Shown here: positions 25,719 to 34,164 of the stretch, in pieces
Layout: the number at the start of each line of letters is the position of its first letter
Numbering within the stretch: the first letter of the stretch is position 1
Made by a program: the position numbers and the translations under genes
The notes under the pieces: generated by a model
Told to the model about the DNA's origin: nothing
The model's input: the letters and a program-made list of their open reading frames with translations, nothing else
The model's database searches: none
Virus record (IMG/VR): IMGVR_UViG_3300027986_000005
Span: 1-40,786 of that record
Strand: one strand, 5' to 3'
DNA from: a virus
Taxonomy: Duplodnaviria; Caudoviricetes
DNA length: 40,786 nucleotides

Positions 25719-27802
25719 TTAGCATCTCCTTCTTTAAGTTGCTGTTGACCAATCATCTCTTTCTCATGGGCGCGGACGTTCTTTGAATCAATCATCTCAG
25801 CACCAGCTTTCAGATGTTCCACGTCAAGTTTATTAGTAGCCTGTAGATGGGCCTTTTCCATCTCAACCGTCTGCCAGCCCTTCTCGGTCTGAGCTTTGAC
25901 CTCAACATCATGGGCCTTAACAGTCGCATCAATATGAGCCTTGGTGACTCCAGTCTTTGCTTCCTGTAGCTGTTGCTGGCAGGCTTGGAGCTGTTTCTGC
26001 AAGGACATGATGATTGCCTTGGCATTATCAGGCATGCCCTCCATAGCCTTCTGTAGGCCGTCCGGAGTCATTGCAGCAAGCCTATCGGCAAGCTGTTGGA
26101 CATAGGGGTCATCGAAGGTACGGAGGATAAGGTCTCCACCAACCTTGGCGATTTCCTCACCTAAAGGCGTGCCCATCAACTGGATTAACTGAGCTTGTCC
26201 TTCCTCACGTTTAGTCTGATAGCCAGGACCGGTATCCATCACAACATCGTATCTACCCACGGTCAGGTCATTCTTTACTTTCTTGACCCCGTTTTCAGTG
26301 GTGGACTGATTAATCTGGATAACTTGGGGCATCCCATCTTCACCGATGATTCTTTGCATCCTCTCTTCTGAGTAGATATAGGGAATCCACTCAAGCATGA
26401 TTCTCCATGTATGAGCTATGGCTAGAGTCTGGTTGTCATAATACTGGAAATGGGATTGGTCGCTAAGGCCCTGTCTGGCGTTAATGGCTTTACCTGATAC
26501 CACTTCACCTTGGGTATCTTGACCTGGGTCATTAGGGGCACCGGCGACAGCATTGAGATTAGCTCTCATGCCTCCTACAAACTCACTGAATCCCTGTTCT
26601 ATAGCAGCGGGGGGTTGTCTCTGAGGAGGCGGTAGAACCTGCTCTCCCTGCTGCGTCATAACGGATACGGCTTTGTAGGTTAGAACAGGATGGGCGCTAC
26701 GATTCGTATCAGCCCACTCGGAATGGCCGTCTAATTGCCCTTCGGCAGCGACCCAAGGCGCTTGTGGGGTAAGACCTAACCTACGAATCTTGGCGACTTC
26801 CCCGAAGTTGACCATCCTCTGAGGGTCCATCATCGCCCTGACCATTCCCCTGCGGTAAATCTGGCCGTCAATATCTACGGCATTACCCTGACAGCGGATG
26901 ATGGGGATATAAGAGCCGGGAACGGTCTGTTTTGATATGACTTTTAGGCCATTCAATTTGAACAATTCGACTGTCTTCCTGGAGGAATCACGCTGGTTGG
27001 TAATAGTCAGACCGGCCTGCTTCATACTCCCTTCGTTAGGCAGTTCGTCCTTCCACTTCTGGAATTTACGTCCGGATGGGTCACTCAGCTCATAAAGCGT
27101 ATCGGTCTTTTCCTTGATGCGGAAATACTCTGCGAGACGTATCTCTTCCTCATTCTGCCAGTCTAATCTCAGGTCATCTTGTCCCGTGACAGTCCAAGCT
27201 ACTTTAGGGATATTCCCATACTTACGGCGGTATTCTGTGAGCTTTTCCTTGACCGTGATTAAACCCCACTGAGCATCAGACCCATCAGGCATGATTGCGC
27301 CTGGGTCTAAATAGACCGTGAAGGCATTGAATATCGGAAGGATGCGTATCTCTTGGTCGAAGCTATCAGGAGCGGCGTATTCGTTGATGATTCTCCAATA
27401 ACCCCAACCCATCGTAGCGGCTAACTCACCGCCATTGTCATATGCAACTGAAGCTGTAGAGCGGTATTCGATATGTCTCCCGATACCATTGATTACGTTA
27501 GCTTTTTCAACGTCTGCCCCATCCCCTACGGGATGACACTTACCCCTAGGTCTTTGCTGCTTCATGTTGTTTACGACACGGCGCACTAGAGGGTCGGTCA
27601 AATTGATAGTCAGCTCAATAGTCTCAAGAGCAGCACTCGTGACCGGACGTTTGTCCCACTGTTCACCCTCACGGAATATCAAGTCAGCTTTGGCTAACTG
27701 CCTATTCTTAGACTCAGCATCAATAGCTATCTTGAGCCGGTCTCTGGCCTCCTCCCATATTTCCTTTTCGTTAAGGGCTAGTTTGTCGTTTTCGTCATTC
27801 AT
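25715..27802 (-). CDS. Portal protein (P22-like)
   Basis: GEQW, GWGYWRI, YIPII, GMVR---DPQR, SGKAI--RQ, G-YDV--DTGP-Y-T-R motifs. Confidence 0.95.
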   Translation of the reverse strand: MNDENDKLALNEKEIWEEARDRLKIAIDAESKNRQLAKADLIFREGEQWDKRPVTSAALETIELTINLTDPLVRRVVNNMKQQRPRGKCHPVGDGADVEKANVINGIGRHIEYRSTASVAYDNGGELAATMGWGYWRIINEYAAPDSFDQEIRILPIFNAFTVYLDPGAIMPDGSDAQWGLITVKEKLTEYRRKYGNIPKVAWTVTGQDDLRLDWQNEEEIRLAEYFRIKEKTDTLYELSDPSGRKFQKWKDELPNEGSMKQAGLTITNQRDSSRKTVELFKLNGLKVISKQTVPGSYIPIIRCQGNAVDIDGQIYRRGMVRAMMDPQRMVNFGEVAKIRRLGLTPQAPWVAAEGQLDGHSEWADTNRSAHPVLTYKAVSVMTQQGEQVLPPPQRQPPAAIEQGFSEFVGGMRANLNAVAGAPNDPGQDTQGEVVSGKAINARQGLSDQSHFQYYDNQTLAIAHTWRIMLEWIPYIYSEERMQRIIGEDGMPQVIQINQSTTENGVKKVKNDLTVGRYDVVMDTGPGYQTKREEGQAQLIQLMGTPLGEEIAKVGGDLILRTFDDPYVQQLADRLAAMTPDGLQKAMEGMPDNAKAIIMSLQKQLQACQQQLQEAKTGVTKAHIDATVKAHDVEVKAQTEKGWQTVEMEKAHLQATNKLDVEHLKAGAEMIDSKNVRAHEKEMIGQQQLKEGDAK

Positions 27803-27990
27803 GATGGGGGATTCCGGGGAACCATAGTGTAAAGATTGGGAATCGTAAGCTTAATTTTTCCATTAAACCTCGCGTCTAATTCCTCAGACCAAGGCTCTTC
27901 ATGCCCGCGTTTAACGCATGAGTAAATATCTCTATTAATTAGATATTGGAGCCACCCAATTGCGCATTTCTGGCATTTGATTACTTTCAT
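27799..27990 (-). CDS. Small zinc-ribbon-like hypothetical protein
   Basis: CxxC...CxxxxH; ATGA overlaps both sides. Confidence 0.6.
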   Translation of the reverse strand: MKVIKCQKCAIGWLQYLINRDIYSCVKRGHEEPWSEELDARFNGKIKLTIPNLYTMVPRNPPS

Positions 27991-29333
27991 TGCTCATACA
28001 TCCAGGAGTTAGCCCCACGGTTTATGCGGGGCTGGATAATCTGTTTAGGGGTTTCTTCGGCTTTCGTAAGCTGGGGGAATAAGTCAGAAAGCGCCCATAT
28101 CATTGCGTCAGCACGGTTAGGACTGTGCTCCCCCATATATCCGTGAGTGGTAAATCCTAATAGCTCATCCTCTAAATCACGGTGATACCCGACCATCCTT
28201 ACCTTACCAGTCTCGAATAAAGCGGCGATGGGTTCTGCACGGACTGTCTTACCCCGTGATGCTTTGACGGCTCGATATGGCGTATTAGGTCTAGCCGTCT
28301 GAATAACATGCTTGACCATCGCCCCGCCAAAGTTATCCTCGCCTACAATCCTATCAGCCATCTCACGCTCATAAGCGTCTGTAGCCACTTTACCCCAAGT
28401 CGCAGGACCTACCTTACAGGTTAGGTCATGGAGGACATATCCATTCCCATCAATACCAAGACCAGCGGCAGAGATACCAATGGCATCATTATCCGCATTG
28501 TCCTTGTCATCAGCCCCGGAAGGGTCAACAGCTATAACGGAGCGGAGCATATCGGGAATAGGCTGGTCAAGGACTCTCCACCGCTCGAATACTTCCTCAC
28601 TAAATAGTGCATTAGGAGCCATGTCCCTAAACTCGCCTTCTAGGAATCGCTTACGAAGTCTTGGGGGGAGGCTTTCGAGGGTCTTAATGTAGTCGGCAGA
28701 TAGATTCTCCTGATTATCGCCAGGATTCAACTGCATGAAAGCATAGTTGTCAGGGTCACCAAGCATTTGTCGTGATTCAGGGTCTTGCTTAAGCTTAAAG
28801 AGCTTATAGGTCCAATGCCCCTTATCGGGTGGGTTCTCATCGTAATAGGCTCTAAGCGGAAGGACGTTACCATCATTGTCAGTGACTAACTGAGCCAGAC
28901 GGGTCATGGCTAGATTTCTGGAGTTATAGGGTATCTGTGAGCATTCGTTGAAATAGATTGTGGCGAATTCAGTACCCAGGATTTTCTCTGTGCGTTCCTT
29001 ATCGTCTAATCCCCCAAACCATATCTCCGCCCCATTCGGAAATCGTACATACCAATCCGATTTACTCAGTTCGTATTTGAGTGTGGGATAAACGCATTGC
29101 ATGACCTTGGGGAAGGTATCTAAGACAATGGACTGTTTAACATGTCCGAAACGGAAGCGAAGGATTGCATGGCGTGAGCCCGGAGCCCGAATAGCTCTGG
29201 TGATGCAAGCAAGGACTAGGAGGAATGTCTTACCTGACCGTGACCCACCAGCGAATAGAGTATGTCTCTGTGGGCCTGCGAGTAACTCAGCGGCTTCGCG
29301 TTGCTTGGTGGTGAGCTTAAACTCCCTCACCAT
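27987..29333 (-). CDS. terL: Terminase large subunit
   Basis: Walker A GGSRSGKT, YFNEC Walker-B-like, ENP motif III, AVDPS and SPNRADA nuclease motifs. Confidence 0.95.
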   Translation of the reverse strand: MVREFKLTTKQREAAELLAGPQRHTLFAGGSRSGKTFLLVLACITRAIRAPGSRHAILRFRFGHVKQSIVLDTFPKVMQCVYPTLKYELSKSDWYVRFPNGAEIWFGGLDDKERTEKILGTEFATIYFNECSQIPYNSRNLAMTRLAQLVTDNDGNVLPLRAYYDENPPDKGHWTYKLFKLKQDPESRQMLGDPDNYAFMQLNPGDNQENLSADYIKTLESLPPRLRKRFLEGEFRDMAPNALFSEEVFERWRVLDQPIPDMLRSVIAVDPSGADDKDNADNDAIGISAAGLGIDGNGYVLHDLTCKVGPATWGKVATDAYEREMADRIVGEDNFGGAMVKHVIQTARPNTPYRAVKASRGKTVRAEPIAALFETGKVRMVGYHRDLEDELLGFTTHGYMGEHSPNRADAMIWALSDLFPQLTKAEETPKQIIQPRINRGANSWMYEQ

Positions 29334-29776
29334 TTATGCGCGACCTCAGCTACCGCGATGGGCCGGTTAGCATCCCCCACATGAGTATTCTCTACCTTGT
29401 CGCCATATTTCTTGGCTAAGAGTCTTGAGGCGACCCATTTACGGGTATCCACACGAAGACGTGAACGGTTGATATGCTCAGGCGCTAACTGGACGAAAGA
29501 ACCCTCACTGCTCTCCCTAACCATGTAATCATTAGTCGCATCATCAGCTATATCCAATAGCTCATCGGCCATATGTTCAGCTTGAGCTTCCCTTGCTTTT
29601 GCGTATTGGTCGCAAAAGGTCTCATGCTTGCCATCAAATAGCCAGCGTAAGACTGTGGATTTATTAGGGAATTGCTCGTTTGAACAGATAGAGCGGAGGG
29701 ATTCGCCCCCGGCTAAACGGATGCAGATTTCTTCGGCAAGCGCGGGGGAATAGATGCTGGGTCTTCCGTCTGACAC
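29327..29776 (-). CDS. terS: Terminase small subunit (Sf6/P22-type)
   Basis: GRPS-YS--LA-EIC-RLA-GESLR-IC...RLRVDTRKW-A--L--KKYGDK; GTG 29776 with GGAG RBS. Confidence 0.92.
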   Translation of the reverse strand: MSDGRPSIYSPALAEEICIRLAGGESLRSICSNEQFPNKSTVLRWLFDGKHETFCDQYAKAREAQAEHMADELLDIADDATNDYMVRESSEGSFVQLAPEHINRSRLRVDTRKWVASRLLAKKYGDKVENTHVGDANRPIAVAEVAHKW

Positions 29777-29982
29777 TCTCGCTCCATTAACTTGACGCTG
29801 GCAGGGGCGTACCACCAGCTTATAAACGCCTGAGCATCTTCACGACTCGAAAAACATAAATATTCAGGTTTCTCGATATCTTGCTCTGTCAGGAGTTTAC
29901 ACCTACTTTGGCCTTTGTCAAATAGCTGATGGTCTAGGAGTTGGCCGCGTTCCCAATGGGAGGGATAATTAGGAATTCTCAT
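29713..29982 (-). CDS. Hypothetical protein
   Basis: ORF in late operon, overlapping terS start. Confidence 0.5.
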   Translation of the reverse strand: MRIPNYPSHWERGQLLDHQLFDKGQSRCKLLTEQDIEKPEYLCFSSREDAQAFISWWYAPASVKLMERECQTEDPASIPPRLPKKSASV

Positions 29983-30046
29983 AATAGATAACTATTCTCG
30001 GCCATAAACCAAAGAGAAGAATTAAATTTATAGCCGCCTAGAATTA

Positions 30047-30316
30047 TCAATGATTTAGGACTCTTTTGACTGCCTTAAAAACAGGCTTCTTTAGATTCGG
30101 CCCGATAAGGGTAATCTCTATGACTATTTCCCCTGTTTCAAGAGTCTTCATACCAAATCCAGTTGACCCACCTTTAAGGGTTGAAGCTACGGAGCTAAAG
30201 ATGAAATGCCTCTGAGCTTGGGTTAAATGGTCTAGCCCTAAATCTATCGCTGCGCGTCCTTCCTCAGACCTTACAGAAAGGGTGATTTCATTCTCATGGG
30301 TCTTGATGGATTTCAC
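30047..30316 (-). CDS. Hypothetical protein
   Basis: AGGAAGG upstream of GTG. Confidence 0.6.
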   Translation of the reverse strand: MKSIKTHENEITLSVRSEEGRAAIDLGLDHLTQAQRHFIFSSVASTLKGGSTGFGMKTLETGEIVIEITLIGPNLKKPVFKAVKRVLNH

Positions 30317-30336
30317 ATTGCCTTCCTGATTTTACG

Positions 30337-30753
30337 CTATGACTTTTCATATACCCCAGCCACGTCAGCCTCCCGGCAAATGATATGGAGCTTATTTCCC
30401 CAATAGAATGTCTGGAAAGAATAACCACCGAACTGTAAACCACCAAGTTCAACTATATCCCCCACCTTTACCTCTGTGGGTTGAAAGTCTTCGGAATCCC
30501 ACATTTCTGTACGTTTGGATTTATCTTGGTGGTCATATTCTTTCGGATAATGACCGGGACCGATTGCTTTTACTAAACCTTTCATAGGTTTATATTCATA
30601 GATGACTTCTATGATTGCGGAAAATACCGTATCCAGAGGTTCTACAATCATATAATCCCGAAGCATCCTTATCGTATGGTCTTCGGGAATAGTCGTAGTA
30701 TCTTTGAAAGATAGTTCAGCGGAATGCCCATGTGGGGCCTCTTTGATTCTCAT
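30337..30753 (-). CDS. groES: GroES/Cpn10-like co-chaperonin
   Basis: R-L-D--IVEP, G-V-AIGPG, EVKVGD-V, I-READV-GV motifs. Confidence 0.8.
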   Translation of the reverse strand: MRIKEAPHGHSAELSFKDTTTIPEDHTIRMLRDYMIVEPLDTVFSAIIEVIYEYKPMKGLVKAIGPGHYPKEYDHQDKSKRTEMWDSEDFQPTEVKVGDIVELGGLQFGGYSFQTFYWGNKLHIICREADVAGVYEKS

Positions 30754-30884
30754 TTCTTCCGGCTCTCACTATATGCCACAGCCAAACGCTGTTTTATATC
30801 GCTAAACTTCTTCTTCATCTTACCATTCTTCACGAACCGGCCTATGAAATGAGCTAGCCCTTCTCCGGATTCTCGTTTAGGCAT
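30750..30884 (-). CDS. Small basic protein, 44 aa (…KQRLAVAYSESRKK)
   Basis: GGAGG RBS; Q--AVAYS motif common in small genes upstream of terminases. Confidence 0.7.
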   Translation of the reverse strand: MPKRESGEGLAHFIGRFVKNGKMKKKFSDIKQRLAVAYSESRKK

Positions 30885-31009
30885 TTGAATTCCTCCAATA
30901 CCAGTTTGATTATCTTACGGGCTAGTCTGTAACCATGCAATCGTTCACCATTTCTGATACGACGCTTTAAGTTCCTTAGTCTCGCTTGACGAATTTCATT
31001 ATCAAACAC
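30854..31009 (-). CDS. Small basic hypothetical protein, 51 aa
   Basis: GTG overlapping upstream gene end; fills gap. Confidence 0.45.
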   Translation of the reverse strand: MFDNEIRQARLRNLKRRIRNGERLHGYRLARKIIKLVLEEFKCLNENPEKG

Positions 31010-31229
31010 TATGGAATCTCAAATGCCTGTTGCTGATGAACCAGATTTCGTTCCTATCGTTTGCAAGCATCATAAGACATTCAGAAGATTCACTTGCATT
31101 ATAAATACCCAATACCTGATAGGTCTTGTTCTTACTGAATCCGTTTTCTAAAGGGGAAGGGGAAAAGATAATCCTCCCTTTATATTCCTCTATTACTACA
31201 GTAAGATTGGGGTTAAAAGCTATACTCAT
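31002..31229 (-). CDS. Hypothetical protein
   Basis: ATGA overlap; ANDRNEIWFISNRH. Confidence 0.6.
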   Translation of the reverse strand: MSIAFNPNLTVVIEEYKGRIIFSPSPLENGFSKNKTYQVLGIYNASESSECLMMLANDRNEIWFISNRHLRFHSV

Positions 31230-31525
31230 ATTTTGGGTTTATTACGGCTCCCGAGGGGCCTGCCGCGCTTTTTCTTGGCTTGTCCTACAATCGCACTAAC
31301 TATGGGAGTGGCGCTCTCAGCTATTACCATTTCTCCTATAGCCTCTTGCAGCCTATCTTGCATTTCTCGCGGAACATCAAAACTACTCTTAGCCCCTCCC
31401 TGGATTTCAGCTATCTCTTTAGCGGTCTCCTCGGGAGTCATCTTTACGCTTGAGATGTTGCCTTTAATCTCGCGCTCTTTCATCTTGCGGGCGAGGATTG
31501 CGTCGTATTCGGGAGTAGTGGTCAT
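31226..31525 (-). CDS. Hypothetical protein with C-terminal AT-hook-like motif
   Basis: KKKRGRPLGSRNKPK; GAGGT RBS; first late gene. Confidence 0.7.
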   Translation of the reverse strand: MTTTPEYDAILARKMKEREIKGNISSVKMTPEETAKEIAEIQGGAKSSFDVPREMQDRLQEAIGEMVIAESATPIVSAIVGQAKKKRGRPLGSRNKPKI

Positions 31526-31539
31526 TTACTTACCTCGAT

Positions 31540-31790
31540 AAAAGTATCTGGCTGGCACTAATTTCTACCGCAGCATTATCTGTTCGTTAGTCTCTGTTAG
31601 CACCAGCCAGATAAAACCATTCCTCTATCCGCCGAAATCTATCTCTCCCTGAAGGAGATTGAGTGAAACTGACTTACCCGCGATTATCCGTTGATACTAG
31701 CGTAACTTTCGCAACGTCTTTTCGGTTACACCGGGTACTAGCTTGCTAGTTGGGGTGACGCCCGAAGGCATGGCCCTAAATCAGCTTCCT
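31540..31790 (-). ncRNA. Large structured late-leader RNA (multiway junction, pseudoknot, long hairpin)
   Basis: Nested stems with G-U pairs valid on the minus strand; cUUCGg tetraloop; no credible ORF. Confidence 0.65.
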
Positions 31791-31905
31791 GAATCTTCCT
31801 CTCCTGAAAGGGCTTACAAGTGCTTTGGTCTATGCGCCAGCGCGGCCAGTAGGCTTCTCCCGCAGCTTAACCTGTTCGTGAGGCTCACCCACTCATAAAC
31901 CAAAG

Positions 31906-31957
31906 CCTTCTAAGTCCTCCCTTAAACCCTCCCTATAACTCCCTTAATCCTCTCTAT
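31906..31957. repeat. Helically phased CTCCCT-like direct repeats
   Basis: CCTTCT 31906, CTCCCT 31917/31929/31939, CTCTCT 31950; spacing 11, 12, 10, 11. Confidence 0.6.
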
Positions 31958-32178
31958 GGGGCCGGGAAGGCGGCTTCCAGAGCCTTAATGTGCCTATCCG
32001 GGACCGAGACCCATTTTGCCACCGCCTGCCGCGTATAGGGCCTACCAGTAAGGGGGTTTATAGGCAGAGCGGCTGCCAGGGCGGAAAGGCTCCCTGAACG
32101 CTTTATAAGGGCTTTCAGGGCCTTGTCCCGTCCCCTCTGGCGCTTAGAGCTGTAGGGGGGGCCGGTTCTCAAATCCAT
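31954..32178 (-). CDS. Cro-like HTH regulator
   Basis: GSLSALAAAL...TRQAVAKW-SVP-RH---LE resembles YdaS/Cro-type HTH. Confidence 0.7.
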   Translation of the reverse strand: MDLRTGPPYSSKRQRGRDKALKALIKRSGSLSALAAALPINPLTGRPYTRQAVAKWVSVPDRHIKALEAAFPAP

Positions 32179-32378
32179 GCCTTCCGGTTGAAATCAGGGT
32201 CGCAAGTCGGGTCGTTCAGGTTAACCATGAACATGTTGCGGTCCTGGGCATAGAGGTAGTCGCCGTAGGGACGGCTCTTATTGGCGCACTGGCCATTATA
32301 GGCATGAGTACCAAGGCCCACGCCGGGGTAAGCCCGGTTCAGGTATTCGCGGTATGCCTTGATTGCGCCTCTCTTCAT
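32169..32378 (-). CDS. Hypothetical protein, probably leaderless
   Basis: ATG coincides with predicted +1; YG-YL---D---F motif. Confidence 0.7.
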   Translation of the reverse strand: MKRGAIKAYREYLNRAYPGVGLGTHAYNGQCANKSRPYGDYLYAQDRNMFMVNLNDPTCDPDFNRKAWI

Positions 32379-32384
32379 GGTTCC

Positions 32385-32412
32385 ATTATAGCTAATGGCA
32401 ACCCTATGTCAA
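32385..32412 (-). promoter_or_regulatory. Consensus sigma70 promoter, leftward
   Basis: TTGACA (32412-32407) - 16 nt - TATAAT (32390-32385). Confidence 0.85.
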
Positions 32413-32458
32413 CCCTTTTAGACCCATTCTAGCCCATAAAATAAAGTTGTCATTCCTG

Positions 32459-32487
32459 TTGACATTAGGATTCCCAGGGCCTATAGT
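32459..32487 (+). promoter_or_regulatory. Sigma70 promoter, rightward
   Basis: TTGACA (32459-32464) - 17 nt - TATAGT (32482-32487). Confidence 0.85.
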
Positions 32488-32515
32488 TATAGTCACTGAA
32501 ACGGAGGAACTAGCC

Positions 32516-32704
32516 ATGAACAAGCACCTAACCGAGAAGCTCATCAACCTGATGCAGGAGCATGGCTCTATGGAGGTCGCGGGAGCCTTCTTCGAGGCCC
32601 TGGCCGAGATGGAGAGGCTCACAAAGGGTACCAAGTACCACCATGAGCATAAGCAGGTGGCCGCCCTGATGGCCCATATCCAGACCTTTAAGAAGGTCGC
32701 CTAA
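32516..32704 (+). CDS. Hypothetical protein
   Basis: GGAGG RBS before ATG 32516. Confidence 0.75.
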   Translation: MNKHLTEKLINLMQEHGSMEVAGAFFEALAEMERLTKGTKYHHEHKQVAALMAHIQTFKKVA

Positions 32705-32758
32705 TATCCCCCTCGGGGTTCCATAGGACCCCATAGACCAACCGATAGAGAAGACACC

Positions 32759-32932
32759 ATGAAAATCGAACCCACTAATAGCAGCTCGGGTAACTGGATT
32801 ATCTGGGATGGCAATACCCCGCACTACTTCATGCGGAAGTCAGAGGCCGTGGCATGGCTGGCAAAGCGTGTAGGGCTGCCGGGGTTCGCAGAGTTCCGGG
32901 CTAATCGCCTTAATCAGGCTCGCCGCGCTTAA
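32759..32932 (+). CDS. Hypothetical protein, 57 aa (MKIEPTNSSSGNWIIWDG...)
   Basis: Purine-rich RBS; fills gap in operon. Confidence 0.6.
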   Translation: MKIEPTNSSSGNWIIWDGNTPHYFMRKSEAVAWLAKRVGLPGFAEFRANRLNQARRA

Positions 32933-32957
32933 TCCCCACCCCTTAGGAGGAACCGAA

Positions 32958-33155
32958 ATGAACACCGAAGACCATGATTTCACTCAGGAATTGCGCGATA
33001 TGCTGGCGGCTTCCGATGCCGGTAAGTTCGACAAGGACGCGGCTCTAGCTCTCTCAGACCGCATCCATGAATATGAAATGGAAGGCGGTGAGATAACAGC
33101 CCTTGAAAGCTTCCTCTGGGGCGCGCTCACTTGCGATATTGAGTCTGCCGCCTAA
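32958..33155 (+). CDS. Small acidic protein
   Basis: AGGAGG RBS. Confidence 0.7.
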   Translation: MNTEDHDFTQELRDMLAASDAGKFDKDAALALSDRIHEYEMEGGEITALESFLWGALTCDIESAA

Positions 33156-33273
33156 CTAATTCCTCCCCAAGAATCAGGGAGATTAGAGAGTTGAGTTACT
33201 AGAGTGTAGTGCTTTCAGTAAAAGAGTGTGATTCTTTACAAGTTGTTCGATTAATCATTACCAAGGAGTATTT

Positions 33274-33393
33274 ATGAACAGTGGTAGCTTTGGACTTTTG
33301 GCCGTCGCGATTACTGGGCTCAATCTCGCATTTTGGGGCGGCCTGATTTATTTCATATTCTGGTGCCTAAAGCATTTCGGAATTATCGCCTAA
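33274..33393 (+). CDS. 39-aa membrane peptide MNSGSFGLLAVAITGLNLAFWGGLIYFIFWCLKHFGIIA
   Basis: AAGGAG RBS; hydrophobic. Confidence 0.7.
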   Translation: MNSGSFGLLAVAITGLNLAFWGGLIYFIFWCLKHFGIIA

Positions 33394-33413
33394 TCCCTAT
33401 CAGGAGCATTACC

Positions 33414-33602
33414 ATGGATAAGTTGCAACAGGCATTAGTACAGGAACTCCGCGAGACCGCAGAGAAATATCGCGCGGCCCTGGAAAAGATTTCTGCTATG
33501 GACCCGGCAGACTTCGATGAGCCCGCTAACGAATGGGGCTATGCGGCAGTCGCCCAGGCGGCTCAGAAAACCGCTAATGAAGCCCTCGGCTATAAACCAT
33601 AA
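33414..33602 (+). CDS. Hypothetical protein
   Basis: AGGAG RBS before ATG 33414. Confidence 0.7.
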   Translation: MDKLQQALVQELRETAEKYRAALEKISAMDPADFDEPANEWGYAAVAQAAQKTANEALGYKP

Positions 33603-33631
33603 TCCCCTCCCCTATAAAGGATGATATACCT

Positions 33632-33892
33632 ATGAGCGCGAAACAGGAATTTGGTGTAACGGTCATCGAGATTACCGGCGATTCGTGGGAACGGCTTGCA
33701 AAGGATAATCTTGCGGAAGCTGAACGCTTACAGGAGCTCAATGAAACGCTCATAAAAGCGCTCGAATATGGTGCGCAAGAATTACAAATTGCTTGGCAGA
33801 ACATAGAATTGCAGGGAGATAAAATTAGGGCTGGTCATATGCGCATAATCTTAAGTAAGATGCGCGCCGCTATCGCTAAAGCCCGCTCCTAA
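33632..33892 (+). CDS. Hypothetical protein
   Basis: AAGGA RBS; ends RAAIAKA. Confidence 0.7.
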   Translation: MSAKQEFGVTVIEITGDSWERLAKDNLAEAERLQELNETLIKALEYGAQELQIAWQNIELQGDKIRAGHMRIILSKMRAAIAKARS

Positions 33893-33996
33893 CTCTTGAG
33901 AGCGGAAGATTTGGAGTCTTGTTTACAAGAGAGCTAGAGTAACTCCGTGCAAGTTGGCGTGAAGTATTCGAGAGTGATTCAACCTGGGAGAGTGAA

Positions 33997-34155
33997 ATGA
34001 AATTCATGTGCAAAAATGGTCATCTGAGAAATTCGTCTGAACTTGTTGATAATTGCTCTGTTTGCAAAAGAAATCAGAAGCGAAGAATCGAGCGAATGCT
34101 TAAGGGAACACTGCGCCAAAAACAGGCTGCTGAGAAAATCCTAGCCTCTCATTAG
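33997..34155 (+). CDS. Small zinc-finger protein, 52 aa
   Basis: CKNGH...CSVC then basic helix; GGAG RBS. Confidence 0.6.
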   Translation: MKFMCKNGHLRNSSELVDNCSVCKRNQKRRIERMLKGTLRQKQAAEKILASH

Positions 34156-34164
34156 CCCTAACCT

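Noticed and set aside
31545-31613. Hammerhead ribozyme (CTAACGA...GAAA on minus strand)
   Set aside because: No stem I and no NUH cleavage triplet in the required position
31906-31957. Mini-CRISPR array
   Set aside because: Repeat unit is 6 bp with 4-6 bp gaps, far too short; no repeat-spacer pattern seen elsewhere
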